From Styela clava (Eukaryota), in NCBI RefSeq assembly GCF_964204865.1, contig NC_135264.1, positions 9,424,001 to 9,488,000 on the forward strand: a stretch of DNA of 64,000 nucleotides, written 5' to 3'. Positions 59,801 to 64,000 of this stretch are shown one piece after another (the first letter of the stretch is position 1; each line of letters begins with the position of its first letter). A program made the translations under genes and the position numbers. The notes under the pieces were generated by a model that made no database searches, was not told the DNA's origin, and worked only from the letters and a program-made list of their open reading frames with translations.

Positions 59801-62800
59801 ACACAATCTCATCAAAATATTTAAAAATCCTTATTCAGATAACTGGGCTCCAGAGCAACGTGATATATGACGTCACTGTACGTTCTCGTGACTCCGCTGG
59901 ATCAGTGAGCAACTACACTGAAGCAGTTCAGGCAAGAACATGTAAGTCATGAAAACTATCGATGTAAAAATACTCATCAAACAGCCAGCTATAACTAACC
60001 TTTCCGGCGCATGAACGAAGCGAAGCGCTCACTGAAAAACACGAATCTTCTTTCATTCATTATTCTTATTTTCACAAATAAATTTGCTGTACATGTGCAA
60101 AGTGCTTGTATAATAATAAAAATGACTATTTTCTACTAGATCCGTCAGGTGTACAAGTGATTGTAAGCGAGCCTACTCAAACTGTATTTACTGCATTCTT
60201 GGAAGTTATCGCGGGAGCAAGAGAATGGAGTATTCAGCTACTCAACCAACGAACAAATGTCACACAAGCGGATTTTGTCAACACTACTTACAAAATGTAT
60301 GAAACGAAAATTTTGCAGTTTTAGTCTGAAGTATTTTTATAAAAATGCTAAGCAATATCAGATCAAATTTGATGCAACACGGATAGAAATAGGGTTGAAC
60401 GGAATCACAATAACTATACACGCTTATATTATACACTACAGCCTTGACTTTATTGACAGAATGGCCCAAAGTTTTCTAAATTGTATAAAAACAAATTCGA
60501 TAGGCATTCTTACACCGTCGACCCAAGTAAGTTTTGGATAAATACCAGCTGACGGTGTACAAATATCCAAAGCCACCCTTTTCAGGTTGAAGCATATAAT
60601 CTATTCTAACGTGACAAATTATGCTGTTGTGTAAATCTTTTTCTATTCAAGCATCGAGTGGTATAATGTATATGCATTTTTTTAGTTGAGAGACGAACCA
60701 ATATGTTGAATATTCAACATAGTGTATATAAGAAACGTTTAATTTTTGAAGTTAATATTTGTTTTCTTGTAGCTACAAAGATCTAGACGCAGACACTACA
60801 TATTCAATAAGAGCTCGTGTTTCAAAACTTGATTTCTCGTATTTAAGTGAGACTCAAAGCCCCTATGGTAACTGGACTACAGCAACTACAAGTAATATGT
60901 TCATTTCTGTAATATCATACAGATAATAGAATAAATATAGCCGATGTTTTTATAAATAGTAAGATTGATGTCTATAGCATCATCAAATAATCAAATCTTT
61001 GCTGTGGTTGTGCATCTTTCAAGCGAAGGGCAAGAGCAAAAATGCATCATAAATGTTTACTGATCGAGTGTTGTTCATTCCTCTTACAGAAAAACTTTCA
61101 TTGTTCGGTCGTGTCGTCCTTCTTGGACAATCAATTTTAACTGTTGATCAAGCAAAGCTACAAGAATGGGAAAAAACTCTATTTGACGAATATGTTAAAA
61201 TACAACCACAAGTCTTCTCTGTGAAGCAGTTAAAATACATAAAATCCACTTCAGACGTCTTATTCCATCATGAAATATTCGTGAATGGAACAGCAATTCC
61301 GGATCTCACTACGTTTCAACTGAACAATTCTGCAACGATTAAAAATTCGGTTGTGGTAACTGATGGTAAGAATCGTATGTGTCTCTGTGATAAAATCCTG
61401 TATGTGAACCGACTTACAAATCATATGCTAACCATTAGTCTAGTAGTTGCCAACCCTTTTTTAACATATCCCTCCTTTTGCCTATTTTGGAGCATTTTGT
61501 TCTTTTTCACTATGTGTGACGTTCCCGCTGTTCGTTCAATTTTAAGAAATCTATATCTAGTGATACGCGCACTCTGACTTTAACACATTTTGCACCAAAT
61601 GCAATAATATTGAATAATTATTCAACATTAGTAAATTAGTAAAACTACACAAATACAGAGTAGTATTATCTCCTAAAAATTTGGCTTTGTATTTGCCCGA
61701 GTTTTTCAATATCCTTAGTTCATTTTTTATTAATATAATACTCATTTATGTACATATAATAAATTATTTGAACTGTACAAAAGCGAAAGTGCGACTTGCG
61801 CATAACACTAGCTAAAAATCCACCAATGATTAAATAAATAAAGTAGTTTTTATACATGGTGAGGTAGGAATGAGGAGTTTCCAAATACGCGAAAGAAGAA
61901 ATTTAATGAAAAAGTTCCGGAACCACTGATTTACCTCATGGCATTGTATATTTAAAAAAAAAACATCAAATTTCCATTCAATTTCAGTGAATAACAACAC
62001 TCAATATGGAATATATGTGGATGCCGGCGACTTGACAAAAGCATTACAACTTCATCTACACGATGATGTAGCGAAATGTGGAACAGAAAATACAAACGAT
62101 TGGCGAAGTTTCACCCTGAATCGAAATGATGGGAAGTCATCATCTATCAATCTAATCACTAATTCTGCGGAGCATCGCACAGATACCAACACGATTTTCA
62201 AATTTAACGACATAAGTACGACATAAGTATTTTTGGACACGTCATTGGACATAACGATCGTTTTGCATTATTTTTGGACACCTAGTGGAAAACTCAAAAA
62301 GTCGCTTTTCTCTTTGATTACTAGACCAATTTCTTCAAAATTTTCAGTGGTTGTAGATGAATTTTTTTCTAGAAGGCTATTACTTTTATTTATTTCAAAT
62401 ATTCCTAATAGCACTGTGGGATTCGTTTTTGAAACGTGATGGATTTGTTTTTATTCTGGCACTCTTCTTTTTGTTCTTTTGATCACGTGCTCATCGAACG
62501 TCGGTGGTGGGTAGCGAAATTCTTGCTTTGCTTTGGCGAGCAACGCCGTAGGTACCGGTAGCGTCAAAAGTACGGACTGCCTCGCTCTGATGGACGTGTT
62601 CATATATTTGAGCATTACTCTCTTGTTTATTATCAAAATTATTTTTTATTATCAAGTGTATGGTGTTATGGCGGGCTTGTGAGCGGGAGCCGTGGCATTT
62701 TTTCGCACCCATCGTGATTTCTAACCAGTCCCGCATATGCTACATTATATTTAATAATACTTTTAAAATTCAACATAAAAAAGTAAACATCATTTGGAAG

Positions 62801-64000
62801 TAGATCTAGTCATCGTTTTGCTACGTTTTTTTGTTGTTGTCAACGAGACAAATATATATATATATATAATCTAGTATTTTCTCGACTGTTATATAATTGA
62901 AAACAGTTATCTTGTCGAGATCTTATTAATAGGTTTATAAATTATCAACTATTACGTTTACCTCTAGAACTCTTTGATCCTCACTCTGGAAGCATATATA
63001 CCAATATGCAACCAAATAGTTTATACAGCATCGACCAACATTATCTGATAAAAATGTGTCAGTCGAGCGACAAGTCCAGTTATCTGTACTCTCGACGACA
63101 TGGAGCACTTTTGGGAAACGAAGCCGCATTAGCATACAAGGATACGTTTGTACATTCTACAGGCAAGGCGAAATTTTATTGTTTTGTTATGATTTGTAGA
63201 TTTAAATTGTCCATAATTTCTTTATTAAATACACACATATAAAATTACTTGGGTTCAGGCCTCTGGCGTAAGTTTTTTACCCAAGCTGTAAGCGGGTGCA
63301 TTTGACACATGGAAGTTGGACAAAATTGTAATAAGTCATATCATGATGTCTGTCATTTTGAAAAATAATAGGCGTTAGCCATATTTGACGCTGTGTAGCT
63401 ATCTATGATAGACATTGGCTGGTGGGAAGAATTTTTCAATTTATTATGACAATTTAGTTCCAAGCCGCTTTAACCAAAAAAGTCCAGCTCATGCACTATC
63501 CTTGGCATTGGCGATTTTTCATTTTAAAAAACATTTTTATTTACCAGGCCCGAGTCAGGTTGACGTCAGCAAAATTACGTACGATGTATCGGGAGATAAG
63601 AAATCAATAATTCTCAAAATGAGAGCAATATACAGAGCACATTCTTATAAGTTTTTGATTGACGGAGTTAGTGAGGTCAATTTAGGAAATCTGGATAGCT
63701 CAAGATATGTGGAGGTGAGATATTGATCTGAAACACATTATGAGGATATACATTTTCTAGAAGGGAAGTCAGCCGCTTCCATACAAGATACCTCTATTTG
63801 CAATTATATTGCCATTCAATATCTTAATTTTGACTCGAATATGCGATTTGCTTTGGTATAAAATAGAACACACCATGTCGGTGTTCAAGTTTTGACCAAT
63901 TCAAAATAAATAAAAAGCTTTATTTTGTTATTCAGGCCACACTGGAAGGACTTTCTGCATCCAAGGAATATTGTGCTGATGTTTCTTATACAATAAACCA
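56870..64000 (+). CDS. Signal-peptide-bearing fibronectin type III repeat protein, 5' part; continues beyond the window
   Basis: Exons 56870-56930 (MVLHEFFLQVLIFTSITFAL), 58793-58950, 59839-59941, 60140-60296, 60773-60891, 61090-61365, 61988-62215, 62968-63162, 63548-63714 and 63936->64000; phases chain without stops. FN3 hallmarks: DPPSNVTVTSIT, ITGLQSNVIYDVTVRS, KDLDADTTYSIRAR, NMQPNSLYSI, LEGLSASKEY. Confidence 0.8.

Overview
AT-rich, intron-containing animal genomic DNA, not prokaryotic. Gene content and compactness suggest a marine invertebrate chordate such as an ascidian, but that is inference only. Six host genes were reconstructed by hand from splice sites and reading-frame phases: (1) the 3' end of an SLC22-type organic-ion transporter (+); (2) a complete 7-exon, ~1008-aa secreted protein with the architecture signal peptide - Ly6/uPAR-like three-finger domain - 10 sushi/CCP - vWA (+); (3) importin-alpha with an intronless CDS (+); (4) a LanC-like protein with an intronless CDS and one apparent 1-nt frameshift (-); (5) a complete 10-exon SLC34 Na/Pi cotransporter (-); (6) the 5' part of a signal-peptide/FN3-repeat protein that runs off the window (+). 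Mobile DNA is abundant. It includes an intact hAT transposon with an atypical 5-bp target duplication, a full-length but damaged Ty3/Gypsy LTR element, three non-autonomous hAT elements with 8-bp TSDs, foldback/MITE elements, two copies of a tRNA-derived SINE and several tandem repeats. The most notable observations are the LU-10xCCP-vWA mosaic protein, the intact 5-bp-TSD hAT, a 32-bp insertion that looks like a P-element excision footprint, and a TAR-like hairpin in the Gypsy 5' LTR that is deleted from the 3' LTR. All coordinates were read by eye and no database searches were run, so novelty is unverified.
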